Assembly: GCF_016432865.1 (NCBI RefSeq)
Contig: NC_067398.1
Location: forward strand, 427,924,001-427,988,000
DNA length: 64,000 bases
From: Antechinus flavipes
Lineage: Eukaryota
Direction: 5' to 3'
Positions 50,200-63,279 of the stretch are shown here, one piece after another. The translations under genes were made by a program, and so were the position numbers. Under the pieces are notes generated by a model. The model did not search any database and had not been told where the DNA came from. It saw only the letters and a program-made list of their open reading frames with translations. Positions within the stretch are counted from its first letter, which is position 1. Each line of letters opens with the position of its first letter.

Positions 50200-50793
50200 C
50201 CTTAAACTAGAAGTTGATTAGATGGCCATCAGCTGGCAAATGTCTGAATAAGTTATGATATAAGAATGTAATGAAATCGTATTGTTCTATAAGAAATGAT
50301 GAGCAGGCTGATTTCAGAAAAGCCTGGAAAGACTTAGATGAACTGATGCTGAGGGAAGTGAGCAGCACCAAGAGAACATTGTGCATGGTAACAAGATTAT
50401 GTGTGGATCAGCTGTGATGGATTTGGTTCTTTTCAACAATGAGATGATCCAAGGTAATTCCAATATTTTTTGTGATAGAAAGTGCCATCCACATCTAGAG
50501 AGAACTATGGCTATTGAATGTGAATAAAGCATAGTATTTTCATCTTTTTGTTGTTATTGTTTACTTGATTGTTCCCCTTTGAATCAGAATATTTTTTGGT
50601 GTGACATGATGAATATGGAAATATGTTTTAAAGAATTGTATGTGTTTACCCTATATCAGATTACTTGAAGTTTTAAGGAAGTGGGATGTGGGAGAAGAGG
50701 GAGAAAAATTTGGAACACAAGATTTTGCAAAGGTGAAATGTTGAAAAATTATCTTTACATGTTTTTGGAAAAATAAAATACTATTTATAAAAA
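50200..50793 (+). mobile_element. 5'-truncated L1 3' end with poly(A) tail
   Basis: attgttctataagaaatgatgagcaggctgatttcagaaaagcctggaaagactta...aaaataaaatactatttataaaaaaaaaaa. Confidence 0.9.
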
Positions 50794-52569
50794 AAAAAAA
50801 GAACCCCTGCCTTATACCAATGAAATCACAGATCCGATTTTTTTAAAAGATTTTTTCCCCAAAATTGGTCCAATTTTGTTACTTAAACTTATGGCCCATG
50901 AAAAGGTCTGCCCCATAATAAGAAAAGACAAACCATATTTGAGGACAGAACTTCTTGCACCCAAAAGACAGACAAACATTCTATCATCAAACATCATTTA
51001 AACATCATCAGCATCTTATGTTTCCCTTCTCCAGGACACTCAGCCCATATTAATAAACAATAAAAAATAACTTTTTTCTTCTTTTTTATGCAAAAGGAAA
51101 ATCAATCAAACTTGATATTCTGCTATCAGTCATCATTGTTGGCCACCAGTGGAGGACCAAGGCTCTGCCTTTGCAATCTCACCCTCTATGCCTTGGAGAG
51201 TGAGTAAAAAGCAGGGAAATTTATTTTTAATCCCACTACCTTTCACCTCTCCTCCCCAAGAATTATCCCACATTTGTTTTGACCACAGAATATCATCAAA
51301 TGTTGCAGTTTTTTTGCAGAGTCTAATCATGAATCATTCAAAAAATAATGTTTTGGACATACTGCCTCCCTCAGGACCCATTTTCTGTAAAGCATTGACT
51401 TTAAATCTATCTTCTCTGCCTCCTGACGCTTCCTTTCAATAGCTCTGTCAGCCTTGGGAAAGATCAGCTGCTAGCTAATCCTTTAAATACAGGTCATGGA
51501 GCTACCATGTGTGCAGATCAGCACTCAGGAAGGGATGGTATAGGAGAAGTCGGTACATAAACACATAGTAGCTGCCAACAGCAAGACAATGGTCAGGTTT
51601 CCTAAGTGACAACCTCAAAGCAATGCTGGCAACATAATCCCATGGCTGTGGTCACTTCCATCAAAGGAAAAAACTTTTTTTTAATGATAATATGCTTCTT
51701 TCTGCTAAAGTAAGTAACCTCTTACCGATGTCTGAAAACCAAGTTGTTCTCAATCATCCTGAGTATTCCTTATCATTAAGCAACACAGAGAAAACTAGCA
51801 ACAGTATAATAATAAATAGCTTACCCATCCTTCTGGATCACATGGCTATCACTTCTTATTCTAAAACAGGTCTCTTCAAGCAAAGTGGTAATATATCTCA
51901 GAAGAAAACTATTGTCATAGGAAAAAGGTTGTTTTTCTATTCATAAGAAAAGAAAGTTTGAAAACATGGTAGAATTAAAAGAATATTGGATTTGAAGTCA
52001 AAGGACCTTGATTCCATCATTCATTAAGAGTATGTTCCTGAGCAACTGATTTCACCATTCTGAGACTCAATTTTCACAGCTGCAAAATGGGGATAATATT
52101 ATTCATTCAATCTTGTAATATTGTTATAAGGAATGACTTTTGAAAATATAGAAGTACTATAAATGTAAGTTAGTAAAGCTATAAAGCTTTAAAGCTAAGT
52201 AAAGCTATAAGCTATAAATGTAAGTAAAAGTAAGCTTTGAAAAAACAGGCCAGATTTCTTTGGACAAGAGCTTAGATTTACACTTGTGATTGACAATGAA
52301 GTCCAGATATAAATAAAAACAGTAAGTTTCAGAGGAAGTCACGAACCAATAAATTCAACTTGCCTTTGGATGGAATGATGTGATGGATGCTCCCTCAAAA
52401 GAAGGATACAAAAAAAATGGACATTAAGCATCTCCTGAACATCCCTTAATTAGTTATATTCTTAATTTTTTCTATGTGAAGTATCATGAAGCTACTTTAA
52501 ATCTTATCATCACCATCACCATCAACTTAAATTTATTATTTATTATGTGAAAACTGCCACTACCTACAC

Positions 52570-52694
52570 AAATTTATTAGATAACTAATGTGTAAAAAGC
52601 ATTATGCTAGATGCTCAAGGTAATAAAAAATATTTTAGCAAGGCACAGTACCTGTCTTCAAGAAGCATATGCAATCTCTGGGGTAGAAAGAAAG

Positions 52695-52741
<47 letters not shown>

Positions 52742-53200
52742 GCATATAGCAACCATATGAATACATTAGGGAGCTATACAACAAGTGCTATGCGAGATCA
52801 CTGAGGTGATCTGAGAAAGATTTGTAGAGGAAATGCATTTTAATTGGACTTTGAGAGATATTTTAATGGATATCAACAACTGAAAAGGAAGAAGACGATC
52901 ACTTCTTACATAGAGAATAGCCTGAACAAAGATAGGAAGGCATATTTAGTGGTCCAGTTTGACTGGCATATAGACTACCTAGAAGAGAATAATAAAAGAT
53001 GAAATAGGAAAGATAAAGTAGCACCAAACTATGGAGAGTCTTGAATGCCAGACAGAAGAATGTGGACTTTAACAAACTAAATATCTTGTATCAGGGAAGT
53101 GATATGCCCAAATCTATGTATAAGATCATTGGAAAGATAACAAAGATAGGTTGGAAAAGAGATTTCATGTAGGTAAGAAGATCTTTTTGGAAATTATTTA
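52570..53200 (-). mobile_element. L2 relic with embedded (CA)n/(TA)n
   Basis: caaatttattagataacta...cctgtcttcaagaagc...ggagagtcttgaatgccagacagaagaatgtggacttt; microsatellite at about 52701-52741. Confidence 0.75.
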
Positions 53201-53369
53201 ATAGAGTGAACTTTGGCACTATCACTTACCTAGTAGAAGCTGTTTGGAAGAAGAACAAATACTTTCCAAAATGGTTTTCAAGTAGTTTTTTTATCAAAAG
53301 TTGTCTACAGTTTATGAAAAAACTATTACAGATCATTCAATTTTGACTAAATCAACTTAACAGTCATCT

Positions 53370-54250
53370 ATTAACATATTCATATCAACGACTCGATTTC
53401 ATTAAGATGGGAGGGATAACTCACACACTGGATGACAGTCAGAATCCAAAAAGTTCTTAAAAGGCCAGAGTATTGGACTGAACCTAATAAGATGAAATTC
53501 AAAAGTGATAAATGTAAAGTCTTACACTTTGGTACAAAAAATCATCTTGACAAGGATCAGACAAGGAAAATATAGTTAAACAACAGTTTAGGGAGCGAAG
53601 CTTTTTATAGGACCACAAAGAAATCTAAAGTTTTGGTGGATTGAAAGTTTAATATGAATCAGTAATTTGATATGGCAGACAAGAAATCTAATGAAAATTT
53701 ATAATGCATAGAGAAATAGCTTCCAGGAACAAGACAAAAAAGGAACAAAAAGTCCCTCTCTTATTTTGTCCTCATCAAATCACATCTAGACTATTGGGTT
53801 CAGTTCCAGTTGCCCCAGTTTAAGAAGGACAATAATTATTTATAGAGTATACAGTATTGGACAACCAATATGGTGAAAGGTTTTGAATTCATGCTATATA
53901 TGTTTCTTGATGGAACAGAGTATGAAAACTCAGGAGAAACATTCAATTATCTGTCATTCAGAAGAGGACTTCAGCTGATTCTGTTTGACCCCAAAGGACA
54001 GAACCAAAAATGATGGGTGAAATTGCAGAGGAAAATTTAGGCTTGATGTAAAGGAAAGCTTTTTTACCACATTAGAGCTATCCAACAATGGAAGAGCTGC
54101 CTCAGGAATTGGTGGACTCTTCCTGCCTAGAGGTCTTCCTGAGCAAAAGTTTGATGATCACTTTTGGGCCATGTCTATGGGGAATTTCCCTTTTTATATC
54201 TGTTAAATTAGATGGTCATGGAAGTTCCTTCTAGCTCTCAAATTCTGTGA
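53370..54250 (+). mobile_element. CR1/L3 fragment (RT end plus 3' UTR)
   Basis: acacactggatgacagtcagaatccaaaaag...atgaaattcaaaagtgataaatgtaaagtcttacactttgg...cacatctagactattgggttcagtt...ccttctagctctcaaattctgtga. Confidence 0.9.
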
Positions 54251-54569
54251 CTGCAGAGATCTACTGTGCTCAGAGCACTGTCTGAGAGAGATACAAAGCT
54301 TAGATGTAGAGCAAGGTCCAGTCATAGAGGTTACAGCCATCCCTTGTTGTCAACTCTGAGTCAGGTGGTTGTTCCTGCTGTTGGAAAACAAATGGTTTAA
54401 TTTTTAAAAAAAGAAAAGAAAAGAAAAGACTAGTGAAACAGATGCTGAATATGACTTGAATCTCCATCAAGAGCAAAAGTCAAGTCACCAAAGAAACCTA
54501 AATGAAAGGGGAAAGGAAAAGAAGCTTGTAGTCAATTCCCCTTCCTGTGCCATCCATAAGAAAATCCAG

Positions 54570-54735
54570 AGTGACAGAGCTGTCAGCACCAGGGGACATC
54601 TGGGACATATGTCTAATTAAAGCAAAATATATCTTTTCAAAACCCAGCACACTATTCTCTTCATAGATTTCTAAATATAGCTCGGCAGGGACTCGGTTTG
54701 GGGTTGAAAATGGCCAGAGGCAGAACAACTGTTAA
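54570..54735. promoter_or_regulatory. Candidate enhancer (MEF2, E-boxes, MEIS/TGIF palindrome)
   Basis: TGACAG-ag-CTGTCA at 54572-54585; CATCTG 54597; CATATG 54606; TAATTA 54614; CTAAATATAG 54671-54680; CAACTG 54726. Confidence 0.35.
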
Positions 54736-55669
54736 AAGTACCATGAATGGAGCTAGTCAGAGCTTCTCTTGACATTTCCACTTTATCCTTGTTTTTTAAC
54801 TGGCACACAGGAGATATTGTTAGGGTCAGGTGTTTGAGTGAACGTTGATGGCATCTGTTTAGATGTTATTGTGACATTGTCCATCTGGAATGTGACTATT
54901 TCCAAGAAGGAATTTGAGAAGTGGAAAAAAACAGGCTGCTGCTCAAAAAATCCCTCCTGTCCCCCCAAATTCCATAGGCCTGCTGGTAATACCTGATTTC
55001 TCCCACTGTTCTTTTTCCTCTTTTGTATTAAACCATATTCTATATATGATCTCTTTAAAATATTAAATGCCTATCTTAAAGGTGTTATATATGAAACCAT
55101 TAATATCTGTTTTTCTGTCTTTCTTTTGTATACTGAGGATCTACCACAATACCTGGTAGGTATTTAATACATGCTTGTTGACTGACATTAGCTCTTCAGA
55201 TTAGCTTCTATCTTTGAATTGAGAACAAGAGGAAGGGGAAGGAAATAAGCATTTATATTGTGCCTACAATGCGCCAGGCATTGTGCTAAGCACTTTTTAC
55301 AAATGTTATCTCATTTGATCTTCAAAACAAGCCTGTAAGGTTTATGCTATTTTTATCCCTATTTTACATTTGAAGAAGCTGAAGAAAACAGAAGTGATGT
55401 GACTTGCACAGGATCATACATTAGTGCTCTAACCATTCAACAACACCATCAGCTACATAGGCCATAAAAGGATAGGACAGATGACAAATAATATTTGAAA
55501 AATAAAAGGAAGTATCATGAACTTAAATCCTCAATCCTGTTCTTCATCTCTAGTAAGATCTTTATTCATTCCATCTTTCATTTCTAACAAATCAATCCAA
55601 GTCCATGTCACTTTCTATTCTTAAAATTCTTGTTCATTATTGAGTTCTTCCTAGTGCCTCCATTTGGAG

Positions 55670-55880
55670 GATGGGTTCAGGTAAAGGTTTAACAATTGGC
55701 TTTCCAAAAATTCATGACACATATTTAGGTTTGATCTGAATTATTAACATTTCTCTATCACTTTCTTAAATCTAGACAACAAACAAAACAATAAATCAAA
55801 CTCCAATTATTAACATTTGCTGATAGCTGAGGTGTAAATGCTGACATCAAAAAATTGACAAAATGTTTTCATCAGTACAA
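55670..55880. mobile_element. Short interspersed repeat, related copy at 58490-58680
   Basis: Shared ttaacattt...tcactttcttaaatctagacaa...caataaatcaa...ataacatttgc motif series. Confidence 0.6.
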
Positions 55881-57384
55881 AATAACTTCAGCACAACCTT
55901 GGACCCAGACCAGTCAACCTCCATTCCCCTTTCCTAGTTATTATCAGACTTTCTTGATTTAAAAAACATATCTCCATGCATTCTCTCCTCTCCCCTCCAT
56001 TAGAATGTAAGTTCCTTGAGGGTAGATACTGTTTTTATTTTTGTTTATGTTTGTATCTCCAATACTTAGCACAGTATCTGACACATAGTAAACACTTAAC
56101 AAATATTTGCCTGCCCCTTCGTTTTATCACCAATCCCACACTTTGTCAAAGCCCAATTCGAAAATATTTCTACCTACCTTCTTCACTCTCATGTGCTGGC
56201 TAAATAGAGCTGAGAGAAATTATGAAATGTTGCTGATGCTGTCCACCAAAAATTTATATTACCTAATCTCACTGGGTCCTCACCAAAATCAAGCAATCTT
56301 TCTATTCCTCCTTACCTGATTCACTATATCATTGTCCATAGTGGCTGTTTCCACACATACTTACTCTTCCTCTAGCCTCCATAGGATGCCATCCTTCCAT
56401 TCTCTGAACTGAAGACATTTTGGCATAATTTTAAGTTCTTCATTGCCTGGACTTTTCCTATCTTTACAATTTTTCTACACCTTAATTGTCTCCATAAATT
56501 CTCCTTCCTGTCTCTGTATCTTTGCCATAGTGATCAGCTGAGATGTTCTCCTTCCCTTATCTTGGCCTCTCAATTTCCCTAGATTCTTTCAAAATTCATC
56601 TTAAATCCTATTTTCTGCAACCCTTCCCCTATTGCCTTAGCTACTGTGACTTCCCTTCTAAGATCATCTTCCATATACTCTTCCTATATCTTTTATGGAC
56701 CCATATGTCTATTTATTGTCTCCCTCATTCAAATCTAAGCTCTTTGAAGACACAGTCTGGTTTTGCCCTTTCTTGTCCTTTCTTTTTAACTTTAGGTGCA
56801 TGCAGGGCACACAATAACTTAATAATAATAATAATTAATAATAATAAAAAGTAATAATACTGAATGACATCTGGACAATGTATCATTGTACTATAAATAA
56901 ATTTTATAGAATATATAAACACACACACATATATGGTGACATTTTAAAAGTTCAAGAGACAATTTCTGGATAATTAATCATTTTATTAATAATGCTGGCA
57001 TTTTATTGGTTTAAAGGTCAATGACACTCTCAAATGCCAATGACCAATCAATCACAGTGGTGGGCTTATAATTTATATGCTCTTGGAAAAGTTATGTTCT
57101 TAGGAATAAAAATCAACTCTGATTGGTTAACAATTAATGAGAAAGAATGATCATTACAATGAAAAGTAGACCTAGTCTCCTGAAGTGCTTAGGGATGTAA
57201 CTTTTTGCTATTTACTTCTAATGGGCAACCTAATAAAAGAATTTATATCCAACCAAACCGGTGTAGAATATAATGTGCTTCCCTATCTTAGATTACATTC
57301 CCTGTAGGTTGGGTAAGCTCTGATAAAGAGAGAGTTAATTCATTCTCATTATCAGTAATGTCTTTCAGAGACTGAACTTTGAAA

Positions 57385-58225
57385 TGGTTCCTTGTTGTCC
57401 TTAGTTTTCAAAGAGGACCAAAATGATATCACTATGTTATAGTCAAATTACAGTGTGTGTAACAGACCAATATGAGTTCAGAATGCTCTGCCACAGGTCA
57501 GACACAAATAATTCCTATGAATATTTGGGGGTGGCTTCTCTAACTTTGTACATCTCACATTTTTTTCTGAGTTAATTCAATTCTGTTTTGCTGATAGAGT
57601 ACAACATCTTCTCAGATGAGGGCACCCCATGTAGGGCAGTCTTGTGCCAGTGTCTCTCATATCATACAATCAATTCTAAAGTTCTTTTTTTTAACAATTA
57701 TAATTTTTTTATCGACAGAACCCATTCCTTGGTAAGTTTTTACAATATTATCCCTTGCACTCACTTCTGTTTTGATTTTTTCCCTCCCTCCCTCCCTCCA
57801 CCCCCTCCCCCAGATGGCAAGCAGTCCTATACATGTTAAATATGTCACAATATATCCTAGATACAATATATGTGTGCAGAACCACAGTTCTCTTGTTGCA
57901 CAGAAAGAATTGGATTCGGAAGATAAAAATAATCCGGGAAGAAAAACAAAAATACAAATAGTTCAGATTCTTTTCCCAGTGTTCTTTCTTTGGGTGTCCA
58001 TCATTGATCAATTGGAACTGAATTAGATCATCTCTTTGTTGAAGAAATCCAGTTCCATCAATTCTAAAGTTCTTAAAAGAGACCTGAGAATGCCCTTACA
58101 TCAATTTTTCTGACCACTTTGTGAGCTCTTGCCGTGTGGTAGTTCTCCATAAAATAGTCTTTTTTGGCAAGTGTATGTTTGACATTCAAACAAGGTGGCC
58201 AGCCCAAGAGAGTTGAATGAGAACT
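57385..58225 (-). mobile_element. RTE LINE 3' fragment, split by an L1 insertion
   Basis: ttgttgtccttagttttcaaagaggaccaaaatgatatc...; continues after 58074 with ...ttttttggcaagtgtatgtttgacattcaaacaaggtggccagccca. Confidence 0.75.
57687..58058 (-). mobile_element. Young 5'-truncated L1 (dasyurid-type 3' end) with 16-bp target-site duplication
   Basis: caattctaaagttctt at 57671-57686 and 58059-58074 flanks a T-tailed L1 3' UTR (gcacagaaagaattggattcggaag...gggaagaaaaacaaaaat). Confidence 0.9.
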
Positions 58226-58247
58226 TTAGAAAAGGGAGGGAGAACTC

Positions 58248-58440
58248 NNNNNNNNNNNNNNNNNNNNNNNNNNNNNNNNNNNNNNNNNNNNNNNNNNNNN
58301 NNNNNNNNNNNNNNNNNNNNNNNNNNNNNNNNNNNNNNNNNNNNNNNNNNNNNNNNNNNNNNNNNNNNNNNNNNNNNNNNNNNNNNNNNNNNNNNNNNNN
58401 NNNNNNNNNNNNNNNNNNNNNNNNNNNNNNNNNNNNNNNN
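58248..58440. other. Assembly gap (193 N)
   Basis: Run of n; flanked on the right by a TA-rich microsatellite. Confidence 1.
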
Positions 58441-58869
58441 TATATTCATATATACATATACATATATAGTTTTGTGTGCAGGGGTGTGCTGCTAACAATT
58501 AGTTCACCAGAGGAACAATGTATGTATGGCACACTTATAAGTTTAATTTGGAAAATTTTAACATTTTCTACTTCATTTTCTTAAGTCTAGACAATACACA
58601 ATATAATAAATCAAGAACGGATTTATAACATTTGCCAATTTCCAAGATGCAAATCCACATTCTGAAAGAATTATTTTCATAGTTTTATTACAGAATTTCT
58701 AAAAACAGAAAGAATCTTAGAAATCTCACTGAATGATCATAGATGTGGAATTATAAGAATCCTGGATATCACTTAATCTAGCCTCTAAATATGAAAAAAA
58801 AAATTTCTCATGTCATGGACTGTAAGCAAATGTTAGAAGCAAATTTTCAGGGTAAAATTAAACTGTGTT

Positions 58870-59100
58870 GTTATTTGATCATTTTTCATTCATGTCCAAC
58901 TCTTTTTGACACTATTTGAAATTTTCTTGGGAGAAATACCGGAATAACTTGCCATTTCATTCTCCAGATCATCTTATAGTATTAAGTGATTTGCCCATGA
59001 TCACATGACTAATAAATATCTGAGGACAAATTTGAACTCAAGAAGATGGGTTTTTATGGCTCCAAGGTGAACACTCTTAAATCACTTGGCCAACAAGCTA
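58870..59100 (-). mobile_element. MAR1-type CORE-SINE
   Basis: tcattcatgtccaactctttttgacac...ttttcttgggagaaatac...ttgccatttcattctccagatcat. Confidence 0.8.
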
Positions 59101-60294
59101 CACAAAACTTTAAGCCCAGAGACTGTATAAAAGTATCCTCAAACTTTTTGGAAGTACATAATTATATTTAAATAATTGATATTCTCATTACAACATATTC
59201 ATATTTATTACAGCTAGCTCCAAAGTATTTGAAAGTAATCAAATTTCATGTTTTGTTTTGTTTTGGCAAATGGCCTATAATTCAGACTTTGTGACATTTC
59301 AGAATGGCCTCTTTTCACAGTTAGTCTGAGTCAATGAGAATTTATTATACTTGTACTACTGAGGAATAGCCTCTGAAATCACACACAAAATGTTGAAGTG
59401 ATTACATATCCGAAATATGTATCTAAGGCAATGAACATTTTATTAACTCAACAAACATTTATCAATTACTTATTCTATGCCAAGAATTGGAGAGAAGAGA
59501 CAATAATGAAACAGACCCTGTCCTCAAGGAACTTATATTTAATTTGGGGTGAAAAAGTATAGGGAGAAACAAGTATACAGATAATGAAATCTGATATATA
59601 TAGATATATAAATCAAAAACAGGGCAATATTTTAGAGGGAGATTTTAAATGACAAATTGAGTAGTTTGTAATTTATCCTAAAGGCAAGAGAAAGCCAATG
59701 ATGCTTCTTGAGCAATGAATGACAATTTGTCATCTATATGGAGAATGTTTTAGAAAAGATGTCTCCCTTTGATGAAGGGAGACTAATTAGCATAGCTACT
59801 GTATATTCTAGGAAACAAATAATGACTTGTGAGGGGGGAAAAGGATAAGTTTTGGAGAGTTTTTTTAGGGGTAGAATTAATAACACTTGGAAATTGAATA
59901 GGTATGGCTCTCTGAGGTAAAACATATTATATACCTAGAGAGATGGTGATGCTTTCAATAAAGAGAACACAAGCCTGGAAAAGAGTAGGTTTGGAGGTAA
60001 AGATGAGTTGCATTTTGGACATATTGAAGGAATTGATGAAAAAGTATCTCTGAGGTATTTATACACACTAATTAGTGATACAAATGCAAAATAAGACAGC
60101 CCATCTCCTCATAAAGTTTCCATTCTAATCTGAGACAACACATTTAAGGAGTCATGGAAAAGAAAAGATGTTTTGTTTGGGAAGTCACAGGAATGGTTCA
60201 TGGAGTCATATATAGGTAGTTGATTGGTACATCCCTTCTAACATCTATCATGCTGTTGATTTGATTACAGCTCCCAGAGAAAAGGCAGCTCAGG

Positions 60295-60520
60295 GTTGCA
60301 GAAGATAGAGTAACAAGCCTCAAGTAAGGAAGACTCACCTTCCTGAGTTGAAATCTGACCTCAGACATTTCTTAGCTATGTGACCCTGATGAGTTACTTA
60401 CCTCTGTTTGCCTCAGTTTCCTCATCTGTAAAATGAGCTGCTGAAGAAAATAGGAAATCATTCCAGTATCTTTGTCAAGAAAATCCCAAATGGGATCATG
60501 GAGATTCAGACATGATTGAA
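60295..60520 (+). mobile_element. MAR1-type CORE-SINE
   Basis: caagtaaggaagactcaccttcctgagttgaaatctgacctcagac...cctcagtttcctcatctgtaaaatgagctg...ccagtatctttgtcaagaaaatcccaaatggg. Confidence 0.85.
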
Positions 60521-60739
60521 ATTCCCAGGAGAAGGGGTAAAAAGGAAGGAAAGGTGCTTACATTCAAGTCAGGAAAGTTGACAGAAAGTTAGTCTGGGGT
60601 CTAATATGAAATATGACTATATGTGACCATCTAGTCACAATGTTTTGGCCATCACTCATCAGTCAGGACCCTTTGGGTCTCAGAGAAGAAATTTCAGAAA
60701 TAAGTAAGGTAAGTCCCTCTCCCCTCAGCTGTATCATAT

Positions 60740-61100
60740 TCTCTATAATCCAATGACAGTGTTCTCCTTGCTATTCTTTAAAGATGATACTTTACATCTC
60801 AGGTCTGGTAGTTTTCATTGTCTCCAGTGCCTGGATACTCTCCCTCATCATCTCTGCCTTCCAGTTTTCCTGGATTTCTGCAAGGCCCAACTCATATTCA
60901 GAAAAAGAAGCCTTTCTTGATTCTCTCTTAATTCTACTGCCTTCCTTCTTTTATTAGTTTTAATTTAGTCTGTATATAGTTTGTTTATACATAGTGGTTT
61001 TCAGGTTGGGCCCCCCATTAGACTGTAAATTTTTCTCTGTCTTTTGCCTTTGTTCATATGCCCAATGTCTAGTACACTGTGTGGCACATAATAGGTGTAA
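60740..61100 (+). mobile_element. L2 3' fragment
   Basis: ctcaggtctggtagttttcattg...gaagcctttcttgattctct...ccccccattagactgtaaa...gtggcacataataggtg. Explains ORFs 60960..61313 and 60994..61245. Confidence 0.85.
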
Positions 61101-61299
61101 AAGCTGCCCCATTAGGGACCCGACTGGCCAGTTCCATTTGGGCAATGTGAGCTTCTCCCTTCTTCCCTTCCTGTCTTCTTTCATCCCTGTCAACTTCCTT
61201 CCTTTCTTCCCTCCTCTCCCTCCCTTCTCTCCTTTGTCCAAATAGGGTCTCATCAACTTATTGTGACTGCTCTGCCGGAAGGAATATAAATTTGGATTG

Positions 61300-61800
61300 C
61301 TGAAATCTTCCAAGATATCTTGGTGTTTATGGGCTAGATTCTTTTCTTAAGAACATGTCTTTAACTCATATCACTCTGGCTCTCATTGATTGGCCAACAA
61401 GAGATCCCAGACCAAGTTTTACTTGATCATTGGGCTCTGATGTCTCAGAGTAAGTGTAAATAGCAATTGTGTCTGTTTGGGTCAGAAATCCTGAGGGTCT
61501 TCCCTTGCCAGGTTGATGTTTTTTGACTAGGTAAAGAAGGCCATTCTTTGCCTCATTTTTTACCTAGTCACTGAATGGCCATTGCTTCAGGGTCTGTAAA
61601 AGCTTAGACTGGGAAAGACCTCAATTTAAAAAGGCCAAAGTCTCCCACTGCATCCGGTGCCATCTCCAGTCATCCTGATCTAAATCTTGTGGTAACTTTG
61701 TGCAGCTCTTCCACACATAAATCCAATTCACTTGCAGGTCATAGCATCACCTCATCATTGATGTCATGATCCTCCTCAAGAATGAAGTATAAACAAAAAG
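61300..61800 (+). mobile_element. RTE-mobilised SINE (long WALLSI type)
   Basis: gactaggtaaagaaggccattctttgcctcattt...aaaaaggccaaagtctcccactgcatcc...aaatccaattcacttgca...tcaagaatgaag. Confidence 0.75.
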
Positions 61801-63279
61801 CAACCAATCATGACACCATGGATTGATTTTTAAATTTTTATGGAGAATTTAGTTAGAAATGTGGCAATTAATAAAATGGGAATATAGCTTGACTAGACAT
61901 TGATACCCATGTGGAACAGTGAGCAGTGCCAGGCTTAAATAAGATTTTAGTTCAAATCTAAATTCAGACAGATTTGTGATCCTGAGTAAGTCAGTCAACC
62001 TGTCAGTTTCCTTAGTTGCAAAATGAGTATTAGCACCTACCTCTTAAGATGGTTGTAAATTATCTGCACAGTTCTTAGGCACTTAATAAATGTTTGTCCT
62101 TCCCCCACCCTTCACCTGAAGCAAGATATAATAGAACTTATAGAAGCTGATAAAATCACCCAAAGGGTAGAGAGGCAGAGAGACATGGAGAAAGAGAAAG
62201 GGAAAGAGAGAGGAGAGTGAGGGAAAGGGAGGGAGATTATGTGTGAATGTGGAGGAACACCTTTTCCATTGGCTATCAGCTTTCTATGTAAAGTTTTCTG
62301 TGAGAGAAGCAGAAAAGCCATGAAGTAGAAAAGCATTACACTAGAAATTAAGATATCTGGATTCTAGTTCACTTATGGCATGAATTCACTTCAATTCTCC
62401 TGGACTTGTTTCCCAATCTGTAAAATGAGGGAGGTAGGTCACACTGTTTAGCCATCAGAGCAAGATTTCTAACCCTTTTATGTATCATGGGAGCCTTTGG
62501 CAGTCTGGTGAAGCCTATGGATTCTTTCTCTGAATGATGTTTTTAATATACATAGGATCATAAAAGAAATCAAAATTAAGAATCATAGCACTAGATGACC
62601 ATTACTCTGGTCCCTTTCAGCTCTGTGAATCTACAAAGAAAGCTTGGTCCTCTTCTCAGAATTTTTTAACCACAGCTTTATCATTCCTCCCTTAATGTTG
62701 GGACAGGATGAATTTTGCTCTCCCCATTTTACAGAAATTAAGCTGTAACAAAGAGAGATTATGACAGATGCATGAAATCCCAGTGAGGCTGAGGGGAAAG
62801 ATACAGGATTGGAAGCCTCAGCCCTAGAGTTTTAAGTCCTTCTTTAAACATGTGCCATACTGCCTTATTTTCACAAGGGTAATAAAAATAAAGACTTTAA
62901 AGTGTATTTCTTACCCTGGAGGGCTAGAGAACTCTTTCTCTTCTGTCTTTATGGCTCTAGTTGTGCCTATAGAACTAAGTGGGCCTATAAATCCCCAATA
63001 GCCTCCTACCTGCTGTTCTTCCCTGGTGAGACTTGAAGTGATTACTTGATATGGTTTCAGGCTTTACAGAATGATAGGAAACTTAAAGAGTTTGCTTTTT
63101 CTCTCAGATCTGCTGGGGAAAAGAGTCTAATTTAAATAGTGTTTCATTATTTCCAGGAAGGTGGCAGTAAATATGCTTTGTTACCTGGAGCAGACATTTA
63201 AGTAATGGCTATTATTGGAGATATTTCAATTGGAATTAGGAGCAAAATTTTCAGAGTTCAAACATTTTGCTTTTCCTTG

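Noticed and set aside
51131-51199. Plus-strand exon candidate (ag|...GAGA|gtgagt) downstream of the 46.3-kb promoter
   Set aside because: All three frames are open and uninformative, with no recognisable peptide and no independent support.
54783-54885. Minus-strand MDNVTITSKQMPSTF... micro-ORF
   Set aside because: Only 33 codons to a stop, with no donor and no family match.
58186-58584. ORFs spanning the N-gap
   Set aside because: They are open only because N codons are not stops.
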